A DNA stretch of 64,000 nt from Anaerolineae bacterium. Lineage in GTDB: Bacteria > Chloroflexota > Anaerolineae > Aggregatilineales > Aggregatilineaceae. The stretch's first letter is position 1. Each line of letters opens with the position of its first letter. The DNA is taken from the NCBI GenBank assembly GCA_034429275.1, contig DAOUFU010000013.1, positions 3,313 to 67,312 of the forward strand, read 5' to 3'. The position numbers and the translations under genes were made by a program. Positions 20,387-28,402 of the stretch are shown here, piece after piece. The notes under the pieces are model-generated. The model was not told the origin of the DNA. It did not search any database and saw only the letters and a program-made list of their open reading frames with translations.

Positions 20387-20872
20387 GTGAGCGACGATCC
20401 ACGCCCGACGCGTAAGCAGCCCCAAACCGCCAAAGGACCGCGCCGGGTTCCGGCCATCGAAGCCGTCTACAAAGGCGCGGCGATGCGTTCACTGTTTGAG
20501 GTGCAGTTCGCCAAACAGCTCGATGCACGCGACATCGCCTGGACCTACGAACCCGAACGGCTCAAGGGTGGGCGCTACCTGGTCGATTTTCATCTGCCCG
20601 CACTGAAATGCTGGGTCGAGGTCAAGGGCCGCTTCGAGGCGCGCGACGAAATGCTGCTGCCAATGGTAGCGCGCAACCTGCGAACCGAGCGCGGTGAGCG
20701 CCTGTTCCTCTACATGAAGACTGCCGCCTATCGCGTCACCGGGCAGGGCTTCGAGCCGCTCACGCACGAGGGCTTCTGGGCCGCGATCCAGGATACCACC
20801 CAGAGCGCCGACGATCTGAAGCTCCCCGATCGCAGCAAGCCCCGGATCCGCCGCCCCTGGCAGCCTGAATAA
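20387..20872 (+). CDS. PD-(D/E)XK nuclease resembling phage T7 endonuclease I (junction-resolving enzyme family)
   Basis: GTG start with GGAG 8 nt upstream. SLFEVQFAKQLDARDIAWTYEPERL...YLVDFHLPALKCWVEVKGRFEARD parallels the T7 endonuclease I core (S.LE..v.kqLe..gi.f.YE...Y.PDF.LP....VE.KG). The D...E-x-K catalytic pattern is visible. Confidence 0.5.
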   Translation: MSDDPRPTRKQPQTAKGPRRVPAIEAVYKGAAMRSLFEVQFAKQLDARDIAWTYEPERLKGGRYLVDFHLPALKCWVEVKGRFEARDEMLLPMVARNLRTERGERLFLYMKTAAYRVTGQGFEPLTHEGFWAAIQDTTQSADDLKLPDRSKPRIRRPWQPE

Positions 20873-20954
20873 AGCGCTCGTCCCCTCCATTAATCTTCCA
20901 TACCCCGAATGCTTATCAGATACTCATGCAAAACCCGTTGCGTTTGTCAAACAA

Positions 20955-20974
20955 ACATGTACAATACATGTACA
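20955..20974 (+). promoter_or_regulatory. Direct repeat ACATGTACA-at-ACATGTACA (operator-like) upstream of the fasciclin gene
   Basis: Two 9-nt copies are separated by 2 nt, and each contains the palindromes ACATGT and TGTACA. It overlaps a TACAAT -10-like hexamer about 40 nt upstream of the ATG at 21013. Confidence 0.3.
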
Positions 20975-21012
20975 TTCGATGAACGAAACGACAACAAGAG
21001 GAGATCAACACC

Positions 21013-21978
21013 ATGCGTAAGGTCACTACCCTGTTCCTGTCCATCGTCATGATGCTGGTCCTGGTTGCCCCAGTTGTGGCGCAGGGCGAAAAAGACATCG
21101 TTGACATCGCGGTCGAGAACGGCAGCTTCACCACCCTGGTCGCCGCCGTGCAGCAGGCCGAACTGGTGGATGCCCTGAAGGCCGAAGGCCCCTACACCGT
21201 GTTCGCCCCCACCGATGAAGCATTCGCCGCCCTGCTCGAAGAAACTGGAATGACGGCTGAGGAACTGCTGGCCGCTGAAAATCTGTCTGACATCCTGCTG
21301 TATCATGTGGTCGCGGGTGCATTTGACGCCGCCTCGGTGATTGAGCTGGTGGGCGATGCCGACTATGTGCTGGTCGATACTCTCAATGGCACGCCGCTCA
21401 AGGTCAGCGTGGACATGGGCAACGTGTACATCAACGATGCGATGGTGGTCATGCCCGATGTGATGGCTTCGAACGGCATCATTCACGTGGTGGACAGCGT
21501 CATCATGCCGCCCAGCAAGACCATTGCCGAGATCGTGACCGAAGCCGCGAGCGCTGAGGAAGGCGCGGAGTTCACCACCCTGCTGGCCGCTGTGGCGCAG
21601 GCTGGCCTGGCCGAAGCTCTCTCCGGTGAGGGTCCCTTCACCGTGTTCGCCCCGACGGATGCCGCTTTCGCAGCCGCGCTCGAGGCCCTGAACATCTCCG
21701 CTGAAGACCTGCTCGCCAGCGAAGGCCTGGCCGGTATCCTGCTCTACCATGTCGTAGGTGGCGAGGAACCGCTGTACTCGAACGATGTCGCTGCGGCGCT
21801 GGCCGAGGCGGGCGAGGAAGGTCTGAAGGTCGAGACGCTGAACGGTGCTTCCTTCACCGTGACCGCTGACGACGAGGGCATCTATGTGGACGGCGCGAAG
21901 ATCATCATGACCGACATCATGGCCTCCAACGGTGTCATCCACGTGATCGACGCGGTCATCCTGCCCCCGGCAGAGTAA
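21013..21978 (+). CDS. Secreted protein with two fasciclin (FAS1) domains
   Basis: Signal peptide is MRKVTTLFLSIVMMLVLVAPVVAQG. There are two copies of the FAS1 pattern: F.TL..AV..A.L...L...GP.TVFAPTD.AF.AL, LLYHVV.G, and SNG.IHV.D.VI.P. Confidence 0.85.
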   Translation: MRKVTTLFLSIVMMLVLVAPVVAQGEKDIVDIAVENGSFTTLVAAVQQAELVDALKAEGPYTVFAPTDEAFAALLEETGMTAEELLAAENLSDILLYHVVAGAFDAASVIELVGDADYVLVDTLNGTPLKVSVDMGNVYINDAMVVMPDVMASNGIIHVVDSVIMPPSKTIAEIVTEAASAEEGAEFTTLLAAVAQAGLAEALSGEGPFTVFAPTDAAFAAALEALNISAEDLLASEGLAGILLYHVVGGEEPLYSNDVAAALAEAGEEGLKVETLNGASFTVTADDEGIYVDGAKIIMTDIMASNGVIHVIDAVILPPAE

Positions 21979-22006
21979 ATCTCGCTCCATAGCAGATGGG
22001 CAAAGC

Positions 22007-22043
22007 ACAGGGCCGGGAGCGTATCCCGGCCCTGTCTTGTTGT
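22007..22043. terminator. Bidirectional terminator between convergent fasciclin and CaCA genes
   Basis: CAGGGCCGGGA-gcgta-TCCCGGCCCTG is followed by TCTTGTTGTT. Confidence 0.55.
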
Positions 22044-22066
22044 TCGCCCGGCGCGGCACCTCGCGC

Positions 22067-23065
22067 TCAGCCGATCAATCCCCGGTCGTAGATGAGAATC
22101 ATGCCTGCGAAATAGCCAATCGCAATCAGCAGCGAATCGATCTCCACCACCAGCACGCGCGCCTCGCGCGGGGCCACGTTGCGGAACAGGATTCCCAGCA
22201 GGGCCACATGGGTCAGCAGCAGGGCGATGGTCCCGGCCAGCATCATATCGGCGGAGACTGCCTCGAGGAAGCGCCCCTCGGTCATAAAAAAGTCGGTGAC
22301 GCCCAGCGTAAAAATGTTGAAGGTGTTGCTGCCGAACAGGTTGCCGGCAGCCATCTCGTAGGCTCCGATGCGCGCCGCAGCGATGGAGGTCACCACCTCC
22401 GGCAGCGAGGTGAGAATGGCGACCAGGGTGATTCCCACAAAACCGGCGCTCAACCCGGTTTCCTCGGCGATCTTGATCGCGCTGCGCACCATCACCGGGG
22501 TGATGGCGACCAGGGTGACAGTTGCCAACGCAAACCCGATCAGGGCATACCGCAGGCTGGGCACATCGTCCGCGATGGCTTCCGGCTCGGCAACGCTATC
22601 CGCAGAAGGGCCGCTGAACAACAGGCGGGTAACGACGACGTATCCCCCGATGAGCACCAGGCTGTCCAGCCCAACCCACCCGATCTGGACATCGACCTGC
22701 GCCACGATGAAAAACATCGCCAGGCCGGTGATTGCAACCGCCATCCCTGCGTTGAGCGCAAACACCACTCCCAACCGGCCCAGAAAGTGAGTTCGCACAT
22801 ACAGGATGCCCAGCACGGCCAGCAGAAACATATTGAACATGTTGCTGCCGAACACATTGCCAACTGTGAGGCCCGGCTCGCCCTGTTCGATGGCATTGAT
22901 CGAGGTCAGCAGCTCCGGCAGTGAAGTAGCCCCGGCCAGCAGCAGCGTGCCGACAAACATACCGCCCAACCGGGTGCGCAGAGCGATCACATCGCCGTAC
23001 CTGGCGAGCTGAATCGCGGCCACGATGATCACCAGGCCGCTGGCAAAAAACTGCACCCAGATCAT
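22067..23065 (-). CDS. Ca2+/cation antiporter (CaCA, YrbG/NCX-like sodium/calcium exchanger membrane protein)
   Basis: Start at the internal ATG 23065 (MIWVQFFASGLVIIVAAIQL...). Two alpha-repeat signatures are present: GATSLPELLTSINA and ILTSLPEVVTSIAAAR. There are about 10 TM helices. The upstream part of the ORF-track extension overlaps the PII-like gene. Confidence 0.8.
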   Translation of the reverse strand: MIWVQFFASGLVIIVAAIQLARYGDVIALRTRLGGMFVGTLLLAGATSLPELLTSINAIEQGEPGLTVGNVFGSNMFNMFLLAVLGILYVRTHFLGRLGVVFALNAGMAVAITGLAMFFIVAQVDVQIGWVGLDSLVLIGGYVVVTRLLFSGPSADSVAEPEAIADDVPSLRYALIGFALATVTLVAITPVMVRSAIKIAEETGLSAGFVGITLVAILTSLPEVVTSIAAARIGAYEMAAGNLFGSNTFNIFTLGVTDFFMTEGRFLEAVSADMMLAGTIALLLTHVALLGILFRNVAPREARVLVVEIDSLLIAIGYFAGMILIYDRGLIG

Positions 23066-23436
23066 AGGCGATCCTCGCTTTGTGCAGTGTGCGAGCGGCC
23101 CGGAACGCCCTTCACCAGCGAGAGTTCCCACGACGCCAGCACGCCGTTGTTCGGCCCGTCCAGGTCCCCGACAATCTGCTCGGCGGCCTGCAGGCACGCG
23201 CGAACCATTGCTTCGTCCGGCACAATGGCGAACAGGGTATAGTGCTCCATCTTCACCCGGCTGGTTTCGCTGAGCGCGCCGAACACATAGCGCGCGCCGA
23301 GCGGTCGCCGCAGGTGAGCGCGGTTCATGCCAGATGACTCGATAATCGTGACCCCCGTCACTCCCACCACGCGCCATGCATCAAGGACGGCCTCCAGGTA
23401 TTGGGGGTTGTCGAGCACAAACATCACCATTTGCAT
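23062..23436 (-). CDS. PII-like signalling protein (ferredoxin-like fold), translationally coupled to the CaCA gene
   Basis: 124 aa from ATG 23436 (MQMVMFVLDNPQYLEAVLDAWRVVGVTGVTIIESSGMNRAHLRR...HYTLFAIVPDEAMVRACLQAAEQIV...). The spacing follows a beta-alpha-beta-loop-beta-alpha-beta pattern like PII/SbtB-type proteins. Its stop overlaps the CaCA start (ATGA). Confidence 0.55.
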   Translation of the reverse strand: MQMVMFVLDNPQYLEAVLDAWRVVGVTGVTIIESSGMNRAHLRRPLGARYVFGALSETSRVKMEHYTLFAIVPDEAMVRACLQAAEQIVGDLDGPNNGVLASWELSLVKGVPGRSHTAQSEDRL

Positions 23437-23461
23437 GATCGGATTCCTTTCGGTGATTAGC

Positions 23462-25111
23462 TCAAGAGAGGATGGCGGCAATCCGCGCCTGTTCGTCCAG
23501 CGGTTTCCCCTTGCGATCCACTGCGCGCACCGCTCCCTCCAGGCTGCGGGTGCGCACACGTCCGGGGGCGTAGGGGTTATTCACCAACTGGGGCGCATCC
23601 ATCAACCCCAACGCGACCGCGCGCGCCAGCACCGCCGGGTCGCTGAACGGGTCTTCGGACTCCTGGCCCAGGCTGCGGATAGCCTCCAGCAGCAGATGAG
23701 TCTCGGCGATCAGTTCCTGTTTGCGACGCTGTACGGCAGGGTCGTGGGTCATGTCCGGGTTGCCGCGCAGGGCAGTATCGATCACTTCCTGAGTCATGAC
23801 CGCGCTTTCGATCACCTCGTCCGCGGTGACAGCGTGATCGGCCTCAGGATAGCCCACCACGTGGATGATGTGCGGCCTGACGGCCATTTGCAGCATGGTG
23901 CTTTGAGCCATGTGCGCCCGCGCCCGCTGAAGGTTCACCGGGTAGCTGAGCAGACCGGAGCGAGTCTGCCGCCAGACGCGGAAATCTGCATCGGCAAACC
24001 CCTCGCTGAGTTCGAGAATCGCCAGGCAGCGCGCCAGATCCATCGCGTTAGAAAGCTGGGGCGGACTTTGGAACATATAGGTCAGGATATAATCGCGCAC
24101 GCCGAAACGTTTGGCATTGTGCGCATACAGATAGGCCGAGGCACACACCACGACATCGGGCGCATCGCGCATCCCCCAGTGGTAGGATTCGTTGCCCTCG
24201 ACCGGGATATCGCGCTCGCCGTGCCAGCGCATGAGGTCCTGGTGCTCGCGGATTGAGTGTTCCAGCGGCGAAGGGCCGCGACCATCCATCGCATTGAACC
24301 AGAACAGCGAAGTCGCGCACCAGGCATTGTGAATGGTCCGCACCAGCATGTCAGCATAGCGCAGATGATCGGCGGTGCCGGAATAGGAACGCAGCAGGGG
24401 ATAGTTCCCCCGGCGGCTGGCCTGGTAGAGCCGCTCCAGGTCGTCTTCGGTGCGGAAGGGGACGCCGCCCGCACCCTTGCTGCGCGGGTCCTGCTGGGCG
24501 GGCAGGAAGAAGTTCTCTTGCGCGTCCTGATCGGCCCCCAGCGAGATCACATCGAGCACCGCCGCCTCGGCAATGCGGGCAATGCCTTCCACCGTCGGAT
24601 CGATGGTCTGGGCAGGGATGCCAAAGTGGTGACGCAGCAGCGGGTAGGGCGACTTCCACCGGATGCGGTCCACCGTGCGCTGCGGATAGGCGGAGGCGTC
24701 CCGCGGCTGTGCAGGCTCGCCGCGCAGCACAGCGCGCACCTGGTGCGGCGATTCGTCGCCCGAAAAGACCGCATCGAAGTATCCCAACTCGCGGGCGACC
24801 TCGGCGACAGGCGGAGTGCCGCCGAAAAACACGCGCTTGTGCCCCAGGATACCGGCGGCTTCGAGCATCCCACGCAGATCGGTGAGCAGGGTGCGGGCAT
24901 TTTCCGGGGTCAGGCGGTAGCTGATGCCGATCACGTCGGGATCGAACGCGACCACCGCATCCATGAAAGCTTCGAGGTCGGTGGCCGGGCCGGTGAAATA
25001 CGTTTCGCAGCCTTCTTGCTCGGCAGCCGCCAGGAAACGAGTCACTCCCGCGACATGTACGCAGTCGCCCAGGCTTCCGGCCAATACTCTTTCGGTCGTC
25101 GTATGAGCCAT
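23462..25111 (-). CDS. Fused B12-binding-domain (GlmS-like) plus GlmE-like mutase-type protein; non-canonical cobalamin motif
   Basis: The N-terminal ~130 aa (RVLAGSLGDCVHVAGVTRFL...DVIGISYRL...VFFGGTPP) mirrors the methylaspartate mutase S Rossmann domain. The remaining ~400 aa end with a GlmE-like tail (ARAVALGLMDAPQLVNNPYAPGRVRTRSLEGAVRAVDRKGKPL). The motif reads D-C-V-H-V-A-G rather than DxHxxG. Confidence 0.5.
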   Translation of the reverse strand: MAHTTTERVLAGSLGDCVHVAGVTRFLAAAEQEGCETYFTGPATDLEAFMDAVVAFDPDVIGISYRLTPENARTLLTDLRGMLEAAGILGHKRVFFGGTPPVAEVARELGYFDAVFSGDESPHQVRAVLRGEPAQPRDASAYPQRTVDRIRWKSPYPLLRHHFGIPAQTIDPTVEGIARIAEAAVLDVISLGADQDAQENFFLPAQQDPRSKGAGGVPFRTEDDLERLYQASRRGNYPLLRSYSGTADHLRYADMLVRTIHNAWCATSLFWFNAMDGRGPSPLEHSIREHQDLMRWHGERDIPVEGNESYHWGMRDAPDVVVCASAYLYAHNAKRFGVRDYILTYMFQSPPQLSNAMDLARCLAILELSEGFADADFRVWRQTRSGLLSYPVNLQRARAHMAQSTMLQMAVRPHIIHVVGYPEADHAVTADEVIESAVMTQEVIDTALRGNPDMTHDPAVQRRKQELIAETHLLLEAIRSLGQESEDPFSDPAVLARAVALGLMDAPQLVNNPYAPGRVRTRSLEGAVRAVDRKGKPLDEQARIAAILS

Positions 25112-25123
25112 GATGCTTTCTCC

Positions 25124-26245
25124 TTACAGGCCGTCAAGCTCAACTTCGCCTGTCTCGGCCAACTGGGTGATCTCCGTCACCGACAGCCCCTCCAGCCCCA
25201 TCCGCTTGAGGGTGCGCCCGCGATGGCGATAGTCAGTGCCGTGCATGATGCAGGCCAGCTGGATCATGGCCTCCATACCCAGCACGTCCACCCCAAAGCG
25301 CCGCCCTAATTCCGCGATGGGCACCAGGCTGTAGGGGACATCCTCAAAGATGTAGCGATGACGTAGCACCCGCGGCGCGGTGATTCCCCGGTAGCCGGGA
25401 TTGGCGTGGATGGCTTCTTCCAGCGTGTCGCCATGCGCCGAATAGGCCCGTGCCAGCCATTCTTTGGCGGTTTGCGCGCGGATGCCTAGAGCAGTCGCCA
25501 CCGTCACGCGCTCGCGATCCAACCGTTCGAGGATGCGGCCCACAGTGGGGGTGACCCCATCGATATAGAACTCAAAATCGCCGCCGGTCGCTTCGATCCA
25601 TCCGGCATTGAGCAGAGTCAGCGCCGGATGAAAGATCGCCCCCATGTTGTTGAGACTGGTATACAGCACGTTTTTGGCGGCGATGAACTGTGGATAGACC
25701 TCCTGCACCAGGTCCAGCACTTCCTGTGTGCGAATAGCAGGCAGCGCGGCCAGGGGCAGCGTGTTCTTTCGTCGGAAGATGTGCGCTTCAGCCGGGCCAA
25801 CGCTGCGGCTGGCGAACAAAAAGGTCTCGGCTTCCGCGATGGTGACATCGGCGGTGCAGCCGCCCTCGCGCAAGACTTCGCGGAACTCGAACGCGCCGCC
25901 TGTGCGTCCAGGGTTCAGCACAACGACCTGCCCATCCTTGAGGAAGGGCGCGCACGCCAGCGCTACATCGCGATGGGCCGAAGCGGGAACGACCACCATG
26001 ATCAGTTGCACGCCGTCGATGGCCGCTTCCACGTCGCTCGTCACACATTTGAGATGGCCGAACTCCATCCGCCCGTCTTCAAAAGTGATCTCGATGCCTT
26101 TGCGCACGGCGATAGTTTCGATGTTTTCGTAGGTGCGGTTATATAACCGGACCAGGTAGCCGTGCACTGCCAGATCGGCGGCCATCGCTTTGCCGCCATG
26201 ACCTGCGCCGATCACACAAATCTCAAGTTCTTTGCCATAAGACAT
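25124..26245 (-). CDS. NAD(P)-dependent opine (octopine/nopaline) dehydrogenase family protein
   Basis: The ATG at 26245 has a GGGGGAAGG RBS. Rossmann motif is ICVIGAGHGGKAMAADLA. C-terminal family motifs are IFHPALTLLNAGWIE and YIFEDVPYSLVPIAELG. Confidence 0.7.
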   Translation of the reverse strand: MSYGKELEICVIGAGHGGKAMAADLAVHGYLVRLYNRTYENIETIAVRKGIEITFEDGRMEFGHLKCVTSDVEAAIDGVQLIMVVVPASAHRDVALACAPFLKDGQVVVLNPGRTGGAFEFREVLREGGCTADVTIAEAETFLFASRSVGPAEAHIFRRKNTLPLAALPAIRTQEVLDLVQEVYPQFIAAKNVLYTSLNNMGAIFHPALTLLNAGWIEATGGDFEFYIDGVTPTVGRILERLDRERVTVATALGIRAQTAKEWLARAYSAHGDTLEEAIHANPGYRGITAPRVLRHRYIFEDVPYSLVPIAELGRRFGVDVLGMEAMIQLACIMHGTDYRHRGRTLKRMGLEGLSVTEITQLAETGEVELDGL

Positions 26246-26440
26246 TGACCTTCCCCCATTTCTTGCGAGATGATTCTTCCGGCAGGTAAGGGTGGAAGAA
26301 CAGCCTGATCGTGCCCCAAAACGGCCCCAAAACAACTGAGGCCCAGGACCGTTGAGCCGCTACGATTATAGAGCACCTTGCCCGACCGCCCCATAAACCG
26401 TGATGCCGCGTATGAGGCGGCAGTAATGGAGCAACGGGAC

Positions 26441-26478
26441 CAGAAAAAACAATCGCCCCGGCAGAGCACCGGGGCGAT
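26441..26478 (-). terminator. Rho-independent terminator after the repeat-protein gene
   Basis: On the minus strand, TCGCCCCGG-tgctctg-CCGGGGCGA is followed by TTGTTTTTTCTGG. It lies about 70 nt after the stop at 26549. Confidence 0.65.
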
Positions 26479-26548
26479 GGACATTCTGACTCTCGATTAT
26501 CCAGGTTTGCCGATCAGTTAGGGCATCCCTGGGCGTTTGCCTACCCGA

Positions 26549-27166
26549 TTACTCGTTGGTCGGCTCGCTGGAGGTGACACCGGGAGTCTCGTCGCCGTCG
26601 ATGCTGATGCGCTCGGCACGCGATTTGATCTCCTCATCGGCGTTCTCTTTCTTCACCGATCGTTTGACTTTTTCGATCGCAGCGTTCACGTGATCGCCGA
26701 AACGCTGCCCGATGTCCTTCCAATCGGCCTTTTCTTTGTCCACACCGACCAAAGCGCCGATCCAGCCGCGCACATCATGCTCGATCTTTGAACCGATGTC
26801 ACTCCACGACGCCTCGGCATTCTCGCCGCCCGCCTTCACCAAACGGGCCACAGTGTGCCGGGTGCGCGCTTCCATCTTGGAGGTGATATTCGACCAGTCG
26901 GCATTCTCTTCGGCACCGACCCAGCTACCGATGGCAGCGCGAGTCTTGGAGTCCATCTTGCTGCCGATGGTTGACCAATCGGCATTCTCTTCCGCGCCGA
27001 CCCACCCGCCGATCATGCGGCGCAGGTTGGTATCGATCCGGGTCGCCAGGTCGGTCAGGCTTCCCTTATCAGGATCGTCGGCCCATTCGTTGACAGTTTC
27101 TTTGATCTGATCATCCAGGTGAGCACCCATCTCTTCGGGAGTGGGGGTGGTATGATTATCGGACAT
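26549..27166 (-). CDS. Acidic tandem-repeat protein of unknown function (approx. 27-aa 'IG.WVGAEENADWS.I.SKM' repeats)
   Basis: 205-aa ORF with a CAGGAGAAGG RBS. It has 4-5 degenerate repeats, two nearly identical at DNA level, and no signal peptide or TM helix. Confidence 0.7.
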   Translation of the reverse strand: MSDNHTTPTPEEMGAHLDDQIKETVNEWADDPDKGSLTDLATRIDTNLRRMIGGWVGAEENADWSTIGSKMDSKTRAAIGSWVGAEENADWSNITSKMEARTRHTVARLVKAGGENAEASWSDIGSKIEHDVRGWIGALVGVDKEKADWKDIGQRFGDHVNAAIEKVKRSVKKENADEEIKSRAERISIDGDETPGVTSSEPTNE

Positions 27167-27304
27167 GGCATCCTTCTCCTGTGTGAATTCTGCTGTTGAC
27201 CGCGTGTTTACCTATCTGTACGTCGAAGCGAGATGGGAGGTTGCTGCGCGAGCGCGCTTCTTATACTTTATTTATACACCGAAATGCCCAAACGTGAACG
27301 AATC

Positions 27305-28369
27305 TCACCAATGCTGGAAAATCACATCGCACGGGCGGAGGGGACTGCCATCGCGCGCGGTGACGGCCAGCCGCAGCACCCAATAGCCCAGTGGTTGATC
27401 GGTCATATCCACCGGGCCGGTTGTGAGCGGCGAGTCTGTCACCGGCAAATCGTCCGCACCGTCACCTGTAGATGTGCGGAGTATCATCCATCGCTCGGGT
27501 TGAGCCGTGCGTGAGAACACCGGACCAAGATAGCCCATCAGCAGGGTATATGTGCCGAGATCGGGCGGCTGAACAGTGCCGAAGACGGTCAGCCGATCGC
27601 CGATCACATCGCTGTTGAGCGGGCGAGTGATCTGGATGGCGGGGTCCATGCACACCACATACAGCAAGGCAGGAGTCGCGCCAAGCGATGGCGTAGCCGG
27701 GAGCGCAGGAACCGGCTCACTGATGCCCGCCCATTCGCGCAGATCGGACCACGTCCGCGCTGCGCTGCCCGGTGAGAGCACGACATAGGTCAGGAACGAC
27801 AGGTTCATCCACAAAGCCAGCACCAGGGTCACCAGGATACGGCGGTAAGGGCTGCGCCACAGGCCAACCAGCGCCAGCCAGGCCGGTTCCAATGCTCCCA
27901 ACCGGTGATCTTTCAGCCATTCAGCAAACAGTCGCCATTCCGGCTCTGGAGCACGCATCCCGGCATAGGCACTGCCAGTCGGATCATCGACCACCTGCTG
28001 CCACCAGGGGCCTGCTGGGGGGACGTTCCACCTCGATACGCCCTCAAAGGGGCTGCGCGAACGCACTGAGGGATCGGCCCAGGCATCGTGGGGTGAAGCA
28101 GAACGATCGGGCGGCGTATAGGGCACATAGGGCCAGCGCATGCGGTCGTAACGGCGGCGCAGATCGGGGTTACCCAACACATCGTATGCTTCGTTGAGCA
28201 GCATCAGGCGCTCGGTTGCCCATTCCACCCGGTCGGGGTTGCGATCGGGATGGGCATCGCGAACCGCCTTGCGATAGGCGCGCCGGATCATCTCCGGAGA
28301 GCTTTGAGCATCGATCCCCAGAATCGCATAATAATCGCGCTGGGGATTGTAGGTCACCTGGCGACGCAT
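27305..28369 (-). CDS. DnaJ (J-domain) membrane protein
   Basis: The N-terminal J domain (DYYAILGID...AYRKAVRDAHPDRNPD...LNEAYDVLGNPDLRRRYD) carries the HPD motif. It is followed by a Pro/Trp-rich linker, two TM helices and a C-terminal ~130-aa extracytoplasmic domain. Confidence 0.8.
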   Translation of the reverse strand: MRRQVTYNPQRDYYAILGIDAQSSPEMIRRAYRKAVRDAHPDRNPDRVEWATERLMLLNEAYDVLGNPDLRRRYDRMRWPYVPYTPPDRSASPHDAWADPSVRSRSPFEGVSRWNVPPAGPWWQQVVDDPTGSAYAGMRAPEPEWRLFAEWLKDHRLGALEPAWLALVGLWRSPYRRILVTLVLALWMNLSFLTYVVLSPGSAARTWSDLREWAGISEPVPALPATPSLGATPALLYVVCMDPAIQITRPLNSDVIGDRLTVFGTVQPPDLGTYTLLMGYLGPVFSRTAQPERWMILRTSTGDGADDLPVTDSPLTTGPVDMTDQPLGYWVLRLAVTARDGSPLRPCDVIFQHW

Positions 28370-28402
28370 GGATGGGTAAGACTCGCAAAGACTCGGCTGG
28401 GT

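Noticed and set aside
20947-22059. 370-aa minus-strand ORF opposite the fasciclin gene
   Set aside because: The plus-strand frame has a signal peptide and two textbook FAS1 domains. The minus-strand frame has no motifs and no RBS.
23462-25111. Calling the 549-aa protein a bona fide glutamate (methylaspartate) mutase
   Set aside because: The architecture resembles fused GlmS/GlmE, but the cobalamin loop is non-canonical (DxxHxxG) and no methylaspartase or adjacent glmL is present. The substrate cannot be inferred from sequence reading alone, so it is only called mutase-like.
26880-27010. Tandem DNA repeats that could be mistaken for a CRISPR or VNTR array
   Set aside because: The repeats are in-frame within a well-supported ORF and encode the 27-aa protein repeat. 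They have no spacer-like unique units and no cas genes.
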